From: Candidatus Multivoradales bacterium
GTDB taxonomy: Bacteria > Acidobacteriota > Thermoanaerobaculia > Multivoradales > Multivoraceae
Direction of reading: 5' to 3'
Assembly (NCBI GenBank): GCA_965223325.1
Contig: CBDCWI010000002.1
Span: 832,001-896,000, forward strand
DNA: 64,000 nt
Part shown: positions 48,839 through 58,021 of the stretch, one piece after another
Numbering within the stretch: the first letter of the stretch is position 1
Layout: every line of letters begins with the position of its first letter
The notes under the pieces: model-generated
The model's input: only the letters and a program-made list of their open reading frames with translations
Told to the model about the DNA's origin: nothing
Databases searched by the model: none
Program-made: the position numbers and the translations under genes

Positions 48839-50031
48839 GACGGGGCGAGGACTTGGTAGAAGTCGGGCGCCGCCGGCTGTCCGAGGCTGGCCGCCGCCTG
48901 CGGCCAGTCGTAGCCCAGGAGTCGCGCGACGGTCGCTGCGATCTGACTCGCCGCCACGGGGTCGTGCGCGTGATGACTCGCCCCGCGTTCCCCCAGGGCC
49001 GGAATGCCGGCACCGATCGCCGCTAGCCAGACCTCACCGGCACCCTCGACATCGGCGCCATGGCCCGTCCACAGAGAAGGCTTCAAGGCGCCGCGACCGC
49101 GGCCGTGATCAACGGTGAGAAGCATCGTCGTGCGCAGCTCGCCGTGCTCCGCCATGTCTTCGCGCACCAGGCGTTCCCAGAGCACAGCTAAGAGCGCGTC
49201 GCAGCGGCGGGTCGACACCAGGTAGCGGTCGTAGCGCCCCTGGTGTGCCCAGTCGTCGGGCTCAGCGAGGGCGAGATGAAAGAGACGTGGCGCGAGATGG
49301 TCGAGCACGTCATGGGCAATGGCCATGTTGAACGAGTCGTAGCGCACGTTCTCCCACTCGCGTGCCGTCGTTTCCATGAGCTCGTTGGTGCGCACAATCG
49401 CCGCGCGGTCGGCCTCGGAGAGCTGCCGTGTCAGGGACTCGGGCAGCGTAAGAGGCATCCAGCCGGCGTTGACGAACACCCCCGACCTGCTCTCTGCCAC
49501 GATCCACGGAAACACGTCCCAACCCGCAACCAGCGCCGTGTCGATGCGCTCGCTGGCGGCGTCTTGATCGAGACCCTCGATCCACTCGAGCAGGGTGACG
49601 TTCGGATTGTCGACCTTGCTGTTGCTGAATATGCGGGAGTCGTCGGCATGACCAGTGAGCAGCTCGCTGTAGCCCGGGTAGGAGAAGTGACGCGTGTTGG
49701 CCAGGTCGACCGCGCTTCCGAGGTCGCGATTGCCCAGGATCTGCCCGTCCCGCAGCACCGTGTCCCACAAGAAGGGCATCAAGTAGGTCCGTCTCTGGTT
49801 GGCGTCGCCGGCAATGAACTCAGACATCGCATCGGCGGCCTTCACCTCACCCAGGAGCTCCGCGTCGGCACCTCGGAAGACGTCCTGCCATCGCAAACCG
49901 TCAATAGTCACCAGAACGACCCGCTCGGTAGGCGCCGCTTCGGCCGCCAGCGGCGGCGGGAAAAGCGCCAGGAGGACGGAAACCCCCAGCGTGATCCAGA
50001 CTGCGGAATCCCGCGTTCGATCGAACAACAT
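48826..50031 (-). CDS. Alkaline phosphatase/phosphodiesterase superfamily protein
   Basis: VTIDGLRWQD, FSYPGYSELLTG, DDWAH, TVDHGRG. Confidence 0.82.
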   Translation of the reverse strand: MLFDRTRDSAVWITLGVSVLLALFPPPLAAEAAPTERVVLVTIDGLRWQDVFRGADAELLGEVKAADAMSEFIAGDANQRRTYLMPFLWDTVLRDGQILGNRDLGSAVDLANTRHFSYPGYSELLTGHADDSRIFSNSKVDNPNVTLLEWIEGLDQDAASERIDTALVAGWDVFPWIVAESRSGVFVNAGWMPLTLPESLTRQLSEADRAAIVRTNELMETTAREWENVRYDSFNMAIAHDVLDHLAPRLFHLALAEPDDWAHQGRYDRYLVSTRRCDALLAVLWERLVREDMAEHGELRTTMLLTVDHGRGRGALKPSLWTGHGADVEGAGEVWLAAIGAGIPALGERGASHHAHDPVAASQIAATVARLLGYDWPQAAASLGQPAAPDFYQVLAPSQGR

Positions 50032-50110
50032 CGCGCGCTCTCCGGAAGGTAGTGTGAAGAGTCAAAGCCTATCTCCCCACCACCGAACCACCCCCGTAGG
50101 AGCAACAACG

Positions 50111-50524
50111 ATGCAAGACACCTCCGCCGGACTCGAGGCATGGCATCGCCTGGTGCGCGAGCAGAACACCGCGCTCCTCGACGAGCTACTCGCCGACGAC
50201 GTCACATTTCACTCGCCAGTCGTCCACACGCCCCAGGAAGGCAAGGCGATCACGCGGCTCTACCTCACCGCTGCCACCGAGGTGCTCGGCGGTGACGGTT
50301 TCGAATACGTGCGCGAAGTCGTCGATGGAAGAAACGCCATCCTCGAGTTCCGCACCGAGATCGACGGCATCGTCATCAACGGCATCGACATGATCCATTG
50401 GAACGCCGATGGCAAGATCGACGACTTCAAGGTCATGATCCGGCCACTGAAGGCGATCCAGAAGCTGCACGGCATGATGGCGGCGTTACTCGAAAAAATG
50501 AGCAAACCCGCCCAGCCGCACTAA
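50111..50524 (+). CDS. NTF2/SnoaL-like protein
   Basis: LLADDVTFHSPVVHTPQ.GK, NGIDMI.W..DGKI.DFKVMIRP. Confidence 0.85.
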   Translation: MQDTSAGLEAWHRLVREQNTALLDELLADDVTFHSPVVHTPQEGKAITRLYLTAATEVLGGDGFEYVREVVDGRNAILEFRTEIDGIVINGIDMIHWNADGKIDDFKVMIRPLKAIQKLHGMMAALLEKMSKPAQPH

Positions 50525-50642
50525 CGCCCCGAGAATCCCCAGATTCACCCCAGTCGTTTCCCAGTCGTATGCCCGGGAAACGCCCGGGAGGCGCCCGGGA
50601 GGCGCCGGGCGTCGGACCGGAGATGGTTGCCTTTCGGGACCC

Positions 50643-50690
50643 TTGCCTGATACCCCCAGGGGGTATAGAATGGATACCCCCACCGGGTAT
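50643..50690 (+). promoter_or_regulatory. Sigma70-type promoter with two CsoR operators
   Basis: TTGCCT-N17-TAGAAT; palindromes ATACCCCCAGGGGGTAT (50650-50666) and ATACCCCCACCGGGTAT (50674-50690). Confidence 0.8.
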
Positions 50691-50718
50691 TCCAGCGGTG
50701 CGGTCCAAGGGAGTGGTC

Positions 50719-51006
50719 ATGGACACAGATACGCAGAAGCTCATCAACCGTCGGTTGCGGCGCGCCGAAGGGCAGGTCGCTGGCATCAGCCGCATGATCG
50801 AGGAACAGGAGGCCTGTGTCGACGTCTTGATGCAGATCTCGGCGGTTCGCGGTGCGCTTGGCAAGATTGCCCAGATGATGCTCGCCAACCACCTCGACAC
50901 TTGCGTCGCCAGCGCCATCGAGAGTGGCGACAAAGAGGCGCGACGTGAACACATCGACGAGATCACCGACCTGTTCGGGCGCTTCGGAGCATTGGCGGGA
51001 CGATGA
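50719..51006 (+). CDS. csoR: CsoR/RcnR family copper-sensing repressor
   Basis: NRLRRAEGQV.GI.RM, C.DVLMQISAVR.AL, HLDTCV. Confidence 0.9.
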   Translation: MDTDTQKLINRRLRRAEGQVAGISRMIEEQEACVDVLMQISAVRGALGKIAQMMLANHLDTCVASAIESGDKEARREHIDEITDLFGRFGALAGR

Positions 51007-52229
51007 GCACTCTCTCGGTCTTCGCCGGGGCGGTCTGGGACGTGACCCTCGAACTGGCTCCCTGGCTGCTGCTGGGTACGGCGGTGGCAGCGCTTCTCCA
51101 CCTCTTTCTTCCCGCCGACCTCATTCGGCGCCGCATGCAGGGAAAGCGCGGCGTTCTCACCGCAGTGGTGCTCGGTGTTCCGCTGCCGCTTTGTTCGTGC
51201 GGTGTCATTCCTGCCGGCATCGGACTACGCCGCGACGGCGCCAGCCGCGGCTCGGCTCTGGGTTTCCTCATCAGCACCCCGCAGACCGGAGTCGACTCGG
51301 TGCTGGTTTCGGCTTCGTTTCTGGGTTGGCCGTTCGCGATCTGGAAGCTCGCGGTCGCCGGCATCACCGGCGTTGTTGGCGGTTTGCTCACCGAAGAGCT
51401 GGTCGCCGAGGGCCCGAGCGACCGCGAGGCGCTCGAGGCCATCACTGCAGACTCCCCCACGCGGGCCCTACGCACCCCACGTGCAGCTCTCGATCACGGG
51501 GTCGATATCCTGCGCAGTATCTGGCGCTGGCTGGTGTTCGGGGTGCTGGTGTCAGCGGCCATTACCACTCTGGTGCCACCCGATGCCTTCGCTGGCTTGA
51601 GCGGCAACAACGGCCTGACCGCGGGCCTTGTCGCACTGGTGATCTCGCTGCCACTCTATGTCTGCGCCACCGCCTCCGTTCCGATTGCGGCTGCGATGGT
51701 GAGCACCGGTCTACCCGCCGGGGCGGCGCTGGTGTTTCTGCTTGCCGGACCGGCAACCAACGTCGCCACCATGGGCGCGATTCGGCGCGCCTTCGGTGGC
51801 CGCACGCTCGGGATCTACCTCGGCACGCTCATCGTAGGGTCACTCGCTGGCGGCATGCTGTTCGACAGTCTGCTCGACGGGCAGGCGATCTCCGAGATGG
51901 CCCACCACGAGATGACCCAACCGTGGACGATCGCTGCAGCCCTTGCCCTCATCGCTCTCTTGTTCTGGTTCGCAGGGGAAGAACTGCGCGCCTTCATCAA
52001 GGGCCGCCAGTTGACCGACCCCCAAGCGGCGCGTCAACAGTTTCCAGTCGAAGGAATGAACTGCGGTAACTGCGTGCGCAAGATCGAAAGCGCGGTGGGC
52101 GCCCTCGAAGGCGTCGTTCGGGTCGAGGTCGAGCTCCAGGAGGGGCGGGTCGACGTTATTGGTGCCGTGTCTCGACCCGCGATCGTCGCGGCCATCGAGA
52201 CCGCCGGTTTTCGACTCGCGACCCCCTAG
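51003..52229 (+). CDS. DUF318/SO_0444-like metal permease fused to a C-terminal HMA domain
   Basis: PLPLCSCGVIP, PLYVCATASVP, GPATN; GMNCGNC. Confidence 0.88.
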   Translation: MSTLSVFAGAVWDVTLELAPWLLLGTAVAALLHLFLPADLIRRRMQGKRGVLTAVVLGVPLPLCSCGVIPAGIGLRRDGASRGSALGFLISTPQTGVDSVLVSASFLGWPFAIWKLAVAGITGVVGGLLTEELVAEGPSDREALEAITADSPTRALRTPRAALDHGVDILRSIWRWLVFGVLVSAAITTLVPPDAFAGLSGNNGLTAGLVALVISLPLYVCATASVPIAAAMVSTGLPAGAALVFLLAGPATNVATMGAIRRAFGGRTLGIYLGTLIVGSLAGGMLFDSLLDGQAISEMAHHEMTQPWTIAAALALIALLFWFAGEELRAFIKGRQLTDPQAARQQFPVEGMNCGNCVRKIESAVGALEGVVRVEVELQEGRVDVIGAVSRPAIVAAIETAGFRLATP

Positions 52230-53364
52230 ACACGCCGGCTCCGAGGTCCGGCTCCGGCCTCTCGATCGAGTCTTCTGTGCCGGCGGCTGCTGCGCGTGAT
52301 CGAGGCACCGGTCGGTGCGGCACGACACCTCGGGGAGGTGGGTACTCGTCGATGAAACCCCGATACGCCTCGTAGGCCGGCTTGGGTCGTTCGTTCGGGC
52401 TCAGGATTCCGTACTTTGAAACCTCTGGGCGGGGATCATCGATCAGCTCGTAGAAGAACACCTTCGAGAGCCAGGCGCGCCCGGTGTCACCCGCGAACCA
52501 CTGGTCGAGAAAGCCGCGGTAGTAGAGCGCCTGCCGCTGTTCATCGAGGCGGCTGGTTGTCCAACCGGTCTCGGTGAGCCAGACCGGCCCGCTCCAGGAA
52601 AAGGCATCCAGTACCTCGCGCAGCGACGGCGCCACCAGGGCCCACCCGGCCGGGTCAGACCCGAAGATCGTTCGCCCATCGAGCTTCTCGGTCAGGTCGT
52701 CGGGACCGTCGCGGTCGTAGGCGTGGTGGGTCAGAAAGTCGAGGTCGTCGGCCGCTTCTTGTAGGACCGCAGCGAGCCAGGCGTACCAGTCCCGCTCGCC
52801 CGAAGTGAGGTGTGCCAGTGCTGGACCCCCGATCTGGGCGTCGGAGCGCGCCGCCCTGATGGCTCGGGCACCGGGTGTGAGAATCACATCGAGATACTCA
52901 CGCCGGGTGCCGGCCCAGAACTCGCTCAGGTTGGGCTCGTTCCACACCTCCCAGAACCGGATCCGGCCGCCGTAACGCTCCGCCGCCTGCTGACAGAACG
53001 CCTCCCACTCTCTCGGGTCGCGCGGGACACCGGAGAACGGCGGACCGTCGGTTGCCCACTCGGGGGTAAACGCAACCATGGCGAGCACTTCGAGGTGCCG
53101 TGCCGCTGCGGCCGCCACGATGTCGTCGTAGACCTGCCAGTCGAAGACGCCACGCTCGGGCTCGACCCAGGCCCAGATGAAGTCGATCCGCACCCACGAG
53201 ATGCCGGCACGCTCGACGGAGTCAAACAGGCGCTCGAGCTGTTCGTTCTGCGGAGCGTGCACGTTGATGCCGTAGGGCGAGCCCACGCCTTGACCGCGAA
53301 GCGGGTCGGCAGTGGTGATGGAGAGCACGGTCAGGAGACTGAGCAGAGCGGCAAGGCGAGCCAT
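52156..53364 (-). CDS. Secreted clan GH-A glycoside hydrolase (GH5/GH39-like)
   Basis: Signal peptide; WVRIDF.W, WEVWNEPN, HHAY, VWLTETGW. The C-terminal tail overlaps the convergent gene. Confidence 0.8.
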   Translation of the reverse strand: MARLAALLSLLTVLSITTADPLRGQGVGSPYGINVHAPQNEQLERLFDSVERAGISWVRIDFIWAWVEPERGVFDWQVYDDIVAAAAARHLEVLAMVAFTPEWATDGPPFSGVPRDPREWEAFCQQAAERYGGRIRFWEVWNEPNLSEFWAGTRREYLDVILTPGARAIRAARSDAQIGGPALAHLTSGERDWYAWLAAVLQEAADDLDFLTHHAYDRDGPDDLTEKLDGRTIFGSDPAGWALVAPSLREVLDAFSWSGPVWLTETGWTTSRLDEQRQALYYRGFLDQWFAGDTGRAWLSKVFFYELIDDPRPEVSKYGILSPNERPKPAYEAYRGFIDEYPPPRGVVPHRPVPRSRAAAAGTEDSIERPEPDLGAGVSRGSRVENRRSRWPRRSRVETRHQ

Positions 53365-53491
53365 GGCATTGCTCCAGAGGACGGTCCACGAAGAGTGGAG
53401 CCAAACACAAAGCGAACGACGATCCGCAACACCTGACCCTACAGGAGTCGAACCGCGAGAGTCCGCCAGCGTTCTGTATCCTGCCGACGTG

Positions 53492-54235
53492 ATGGTGCGG
53501 GTGAAGAGTGCGCAGCAGCCTGGAACCTTCCTTCTGGCAGCGCTCTGGTGCGCTGCTCTCTGTGGAAACGTCGGAGCGGCACGTGCTGTCGAGGTCAGCT
53601 ACGGTGTCGACGCCTTTTCGCGCTACGTCTGGCGCGGCATCACCCTCAGTGACGGGCCCGTTCTTCAGCCGAGCGTAAGGCTCTCGCACCAGCTGGCGAA
53701 ACGTCACACGCTAACGGGCATGGTCTGGGGCAATGTCGACCTCGAAGACGGCAACGACACCGCGGGGGACTGGAACGAGCTCGACCTGACGGTCGACTAC
53801 GGCTTCAACGCTCGCCGCTTCCGTCTTGCGCTTGGACTCAAGCAGTACACCTTCCCGAATACTGGCTTTCGGAACACCTGCGAGTTCTTTGTTCGCATCG
53901 AAGCACGCACCCTGGTCAAGCCGGTCCTGACTCTCTACTACGACTTCGGTGAGATTGACGACCCGTACGTCAACCTGGCGCTCGCGATCGACCGCACCAT
54001 CACGGCGAACTGGCGCTACCGTCTCGCGTTGTCGGCAGGCTACGCCGGAAGTGACTTCGCGATCGCAGGTCAACGCGGGTTGCACGACGGCAACCTCACT
54101 CTCGAGCTCACGCACGAGCGCGGGCGCCTGCGGCTTGGCGGACTCGTCGGCTGGACCGAGTCGCTCGACGAAGAGGTGTTGTTCACACAACCGGCGGGCG
54201 GTTGGGCTGGAGTGCGCATGAGCATGACCTTCTGA
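53492..54235 (+). CDS. Outer-membrane beta-barrel protein (Gcw_chp/TIGR02001-like)
   Basis: SRYVWRGITLS..PVLQP, ELDLTVDY, terminal Phe. Start uncertain. Confidence 0.7.
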   Translation: MVRVKSAQQPGTFLLAALWCAALCGNVGAARAVEVSYGVDAFSRYVWRGITLSDGPVLQPSVRLSHQLAKRHTLTGMVWGNVDLEDGNDTAGDWNELDLTVDYGFNARRFRLALGLKQYTFPNTGFRNTCEFFVRIEARTLVKPVLTLYYDFGEIDDPYVNLALAIDRTITANWRYRLALSAGYAGSDFAIAGQRGLHDGNLTLELTHERGRLRLGGLVGWTESLDEEVLFTQPAGGWAGVRMSMTF

Positions 54236-54384
54236 TTGTCACCCCGACGAGGGGATCGTGGCTGGCTAACGCGAGTCGAGCCCAGGCACGAAACCAGCGA
54301 TAGCGGTTCGCCGTACTACCACTAGCCCCCGCCCTGCCCGCCGACCGACCAGAACCAACCGCCCCACAACTGAGAGAGAGAGAG

Positions 54385-56889
54385 ATGAACCTCCTCCATC
54401 ACCTCCGCATTGGTTGCCGAGTGCTCGCCAAGAGTCCCGGGCTCGTACTGATCGCCGGGCTCTCACTGGGCCTCGGCATCGGAGCCAACACGGCGATCTT
54501 CTCGATCCTGCATCACAGTCTCTACAGCCTGCCGGGCGTCGAAGCGCCCGAAGAGCTGGTCAACGTGTACACCCGTCGCGAAACCGGCAGTACACACTCC
54601 ACCAACTCGATTGCAGATCTTGCCGACCTGCGGGCGCAATCGCGCGCCTTCGAAGAACTGGCGGGCTCCTCCTGGGCACTGGCCAACGTCGAGATCGGCG
54701 GCGATCCGACGATGCAGATCGCTTCTTTGGTCTCACCCGGCTACTTCGAGATGCTCGGCATCCGACCGCAGCGCGGCCGGCTCTGGAGCGACGACGAGCT
54801 CGTCCCGAACGGTCCGCCGGCGGTGCTGGTGACCGACCGCTTCTGGCGGTCCGCGCTCGGCGAGCGCAAGGACATCGTGGGCGAGAGACTGCGCGTCGGA
54901 ACGGTCGACTTTACCGTGACGGGGGTTCTCCCGGAAGGCTTTCACGGCATTCTGCGCGGGCTCGAGCCCGAGCTCTTCTTCCCCACCGCTGTCGTCGAGG
55001 TGGTCAGTCCGGCGGGTGAGATCGCCACTGAGGGGCGCCGCGGCGACCAGACTCTCTACGAGTGGCGGGGCTACCGCTTCATGACACTGACCGGAAGATT
55101 GGCCGAAGGCGAAACGGCGGGGAGCGCTCAGGCGGAGCTCACCAACCTGATGGCGAACCTCGAAGCAGCTCACCCTGAGTCGAACCACGACCTGACCCTG
55201 GCGGCGTTCCCGACGCTTTCGGTTCGCGTTCACCCAGACCTCGACAGCACTTTTCTCCCCGCCGCCACCCTGGTGATGGTGATGGTCGGCCTGGTGTTGT
55301 TGGTGGCCTGCGCCAACGTTGCGAACCTCCTCCTGGCACGGGCGACAGGACGACGGCGCGAAATCGGCGTCCGCCTGGCGCTGGGCGCCCCACGTCGTGA
55401 CCTCTTGGCGCAGCTCCTGACCGAGAGTGGCCTGTTGGCGATGGTTGGTACGGCAATCGGCCTTCTGGTTGCGTTCTTCGCCCTACGAGGCGTCCGTCTG
55501 ATGCGCCTGGACCTGCCGGTCTCGCCCGTTTTCGAGCCGCGCATCGAGGTGCCGGTGTTGTTGTTCACCGCTGGCATCGCCGCCCTGACTGGAATCGCTT
55601 GTGGACTGGCGCCGGCGCTGCAAGCTGTGGGCACCAACCTGGTCGGTGCGCTCAAGTCCGAAGCCAGTAGCCCAGGGAACCCGAGAACCTCGGCAACCGG
55701 AATCCGGCGCCTTCTGCCGACGATGGGCTCGGGGTTGGTGGTCAGCCAGGTCGCTCTTTCGCTGATCCTGGTCGTCGGCGCCTCGCTGCTGGCGCGCAGC
55801 GTCCTGGCTGCTCGCGATGTCGCCCTGGGTTACGACGCCGACAGTATCGGGGCGATCACAATCGACCTCGCTGCCCTCGAGCTCGACCGCGACGCCACTC
55901 GTGCCGCTTTCGAGCGCCTGGAACAGGCTGCGACGAGTGTCGCAGGGGTCGAAGCCGCAGGCGTTACCACCCGCATGCCCCTCGGGCTCAACATGTGGCG
56001 GGCGAACTTCTTCATTCCCGGGATTCGCGAGCGTGAAGACGACCCACCCCTCAACCTCGAGATCAGCCACGCCAACAACAACTACTTCGATGCGATGGAG
56101 CTCGAAGCGCTCGAGGGGCGCTTGTTCCGCAGCAGCGACCGCCCGGACACGCCCCACGTCGCCGTCGTCACGCGCGCCATGGCGGAGCGTTTCTGGCCTG
56201 GCGAGAGCTCGCTCGGCAAACGCTTTCGCACCAACCACATCGACGGCGATGAAGTCGCGATCGTGGGCGTCGTTCCAGATCACAAGGTCATCACCCCGGG
56301 CGAACCCGCGCGACCCCTCGTCTACTTCCCGTGGAGTCAACGCGGCGGAAACAGCTTCGCCATCGTCAACTACCGCTCGCGCGGCGACGCAGCCGCTGTT
56401 CTTGGCGAGGTCAAGAGGGCGATCGCCAAGGCCGAGCCGGGCGGCTTCGTCGCCGACGCCAGCACCCTGGGCCGCATGCGCGATGCGATCCTCCTCCCCG
56501 TGCGCGCCGGTGGCGCCGTGTTCTCGGGCATGGCCCTCTTGGCGCTGGTACTCGCCGGAACCGGTCTAGCCGGGCTGATCGCCTATCGCACCGCGTCGCG
56601 ACGTCGCGAGATCGGACTGCGCATGGCCCTCGGCGCTGCGAGATCGCGCGTCGCCAGCGAAGTCCTTCGGGACAGCCTGAGGCTGGTCCTCGCAGGCAGT
56701 GCCCTCGGTCTCCTGGGAGTCCTGATCCTCGGGCAACTGCTCCAAACCGTGCTCTACGTCTCGCCATGGGACCCCATCTCCCTGGTCGGCGGCGTACTCG
56801 TTCTCATCCTGGTTGCCTCCCTGGCAAGCCTCGTTCCCGCCCGCCGCGCGGCTTCCGTCGACCCACTCACCGCCCTCCGCCAGGCCTGA
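54385..56889 (+). CDS. ADOP-type duplicated ABC permease (MacB/FtsX)
   Basis: LGIGANTAIFS, LLVACANVANLLLARA..RRREI.VRLALGA, RRREIGLRMALGA, PARRAASVDP. Confidence 0.93.
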   Translation: MNLLHHLRIGCRVLAKSPGLVLIAGLSLGLGIGANTAIFSILHHSLYSLPGVEAPEELVNVYTRRETGSTHSTNSIADLADLRAQSRAFEELAGSSWALANVEIGGDPTMQIASLVSPGYFEMLGIRPQRGRLWSDDELVPNGPPAVLVTDRFWRSALGERKDIVGERLRVGTVDFTVTGVLPEGFHGILRGLEPELFFPTAVVEVVSPAGEIATEGRRGDQTLYEWRGYRFMTLTGRLAEGETAGSAQAELTNLMANLEAAHPESNHDLTLAAFPTLSVRVHPDLDSTFLPAATLVMVMVGLVLLVACANVANLLLARATGRRREIGVRLALGAPRRDLLAQLLTESGLLAMVGTAIGLLVAFFALRGVRLMRLDLPVSPVFEPRIEVPVLLFTAGIAALTGIACGLAPALQAVGTNLVGALKSEASSPGNPRTSATGIRRLLPTMGSGLVVSQVALSLILVVGASLLARSVLAARDVALGYDADSIGAITIDLAALELDRDATRAAFERLEQAATSVAGVEAAGVTTRMPLGLNMWRANFFIPGIREREDDPPLNLEISHANNNYFDAMELEALEGRLFRSSDRPDTPHVAVVTRAMAERFWPGESSLGKRFRTNHIDGDEVAIVGVVPDHKVITPGEPARPLVYFPWSQRGGNSFAIVNYRSRGDAAAVLGEVKRAIAKAEPGGFVADASTLGRMRDAILLPVRAGGAVFSGMALLALVLAGTGLAGLIAYRTASRRREIGLRMALGAARSRVASEVLRDSLRLVLAGSALGLLGVLILGQLLQTVLYVSPWDPISLVGGVLVLILVASLASLVPARRAASVDPLTALRQA

Positions 56890-56909
56890 GCCCCAGAAAC
56901 CCCAGCAAC

Positions 56910-56970
56910 CCATCCCCCGCACCCGGGTGGGGACCCGGGTGCGCGGCCGCCCCCGGAATCGTGGGGACGG
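56910..56970. repeat. Intergenic palindrome between convergent genes (terminator or REP-like)
   Basis: Perfect 11-bp stem CGCACCCGGGT-GGGG-ACCCGGGTGCG (56918-56943), inside outer arms CCATCCCC/GGGGACGG. Confidence 0.5.
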
Positions 56971-57025
56971 CGCCTCTCAGGGTGGACCTGAAGGACTCAG
57001 GCCGCGGCGGTAACCCGTCCGTCGA

Positions 57026-57817
57026 TCAGTGACCGCGGGCCCAGGTCACGTGCACCAGGTGACGGGTCCCATCGGCGTCGATGCGGATGAAGACTTCCTG
57101 CTGGCCACGGCGCCCCAACGAAATACCCCAACCCGGGGGAGTGTTCGCCGTCGAGGACTTGTTGCACCCCTTACCGGGCGGGGCGTTACAACCGCCTCCT
57201 CCGCCCGGAGAGCCTCCGTCGTAGGAGTTGTAGGTGTCGAGATGACCGTACTGGGTCTCGAGCTGGTCGAAATCATGGCCATTCGGGAACTCGAACGGTG
57301 GGTCCTGATAGTCCATGCAGGAAAACAGTGACTGATTGTCGAAGTCCTCGTCCTGGTGGCCAAGACCAACGTTGTGACCAAGTTCCTGGCAGGTGACGCT
57401 CTGTTTCCAGTCCGGAGAGTTGTAGTAGCTCTGAGAGAAGTACGTGTCGTTCAGCTTGGTGTAGCCGGTCGTGATGTGGCCGTTGTTATCCAACGAAATG
57501 CCGGCGATACCCAGCCACCCGGTGTTCCCGTAGGTGTCGTTGCAGATGCGCACCTGACCACTGCCACCTTGGCACCGACGGCGGACCCTCTTGGCATCGC
57601 TGCCTGACGACTCCACCATGTTGAGAACGCTCGAACTCGACCAGTCCCCGACTGCCTGCTCCACATAGGGGTCCCAATCAGACGTCGTACTGTTGACGAC
57701 GGTGAGATCGAAGCTGCTCGTTGTCCTGGCCCAGTGATAGTCGCCCCAACTGTGATCGGCGTACACCAGTCCTCCACACGTGCAAAGACAGAGAAAAACC
57801 AATAACCCCCGCTTCAT
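57026..57817 (-). CDS. Secreted metzincin-like protein with variant zinc motif CQELGHNVGLGH
   Basis: Signal peptide; xExxHxxGxxH followed by a Met-turn (SCMDY). Confidence 0.7.
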   Translation of the reverse strand: MKRGLLVFLCLCTCGGLVYADHSWGDYHWARTTSSFDLTVVNSTTSDWDPYVEQAVGDWSSSSVLNMVESSGSDAKRVRRRCQGGSGQVRICNDTYGNTGWLGIAGISLDNNGHITTGYTKLNDTYFSQSYYNSPDWKQSVTCQELGHNVGLGHQDEDFDNQSLFSCMDYQDPPFEFPNGHDFDQLETQYGHLDTYNSYDGGSPGGGGGCNAPPGKGCNKSSTANTPPGWGISLGRRGQQEVFIRIDADGTRHLVHVTWARGH

Positions 57818-58021
57818 ATCTGACTCCTTTCAAGGAAAACGGATTTGCACTAGTTTTACACCTCTGTGCATATCCGTCAAACCACACCGAAAGACCAGGG
57901 TTGTCGGTCCCCTTTGGGGAACTCCAGGAGCAGAGTACTTCGGGCGACGACCCCACGAGTCTGCTGAGCGACGAGGAGAAGCGTCTGTGTTCGAACCCTG
58001 AGGTGGTCGCCGTTGCTCCGG

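Noticed and set aside
50571-50610. Short CGCCCGGGAGG tandem repeat
   Set aside because: Only 2-3 GC-rich copies and no functional context.
52156-52229. 74-nt convergent overlap between the glycoside hydrolase and the permease
   Set aside because: The overlap is a low-information C-terminal tail, most likely stop-codon drift.
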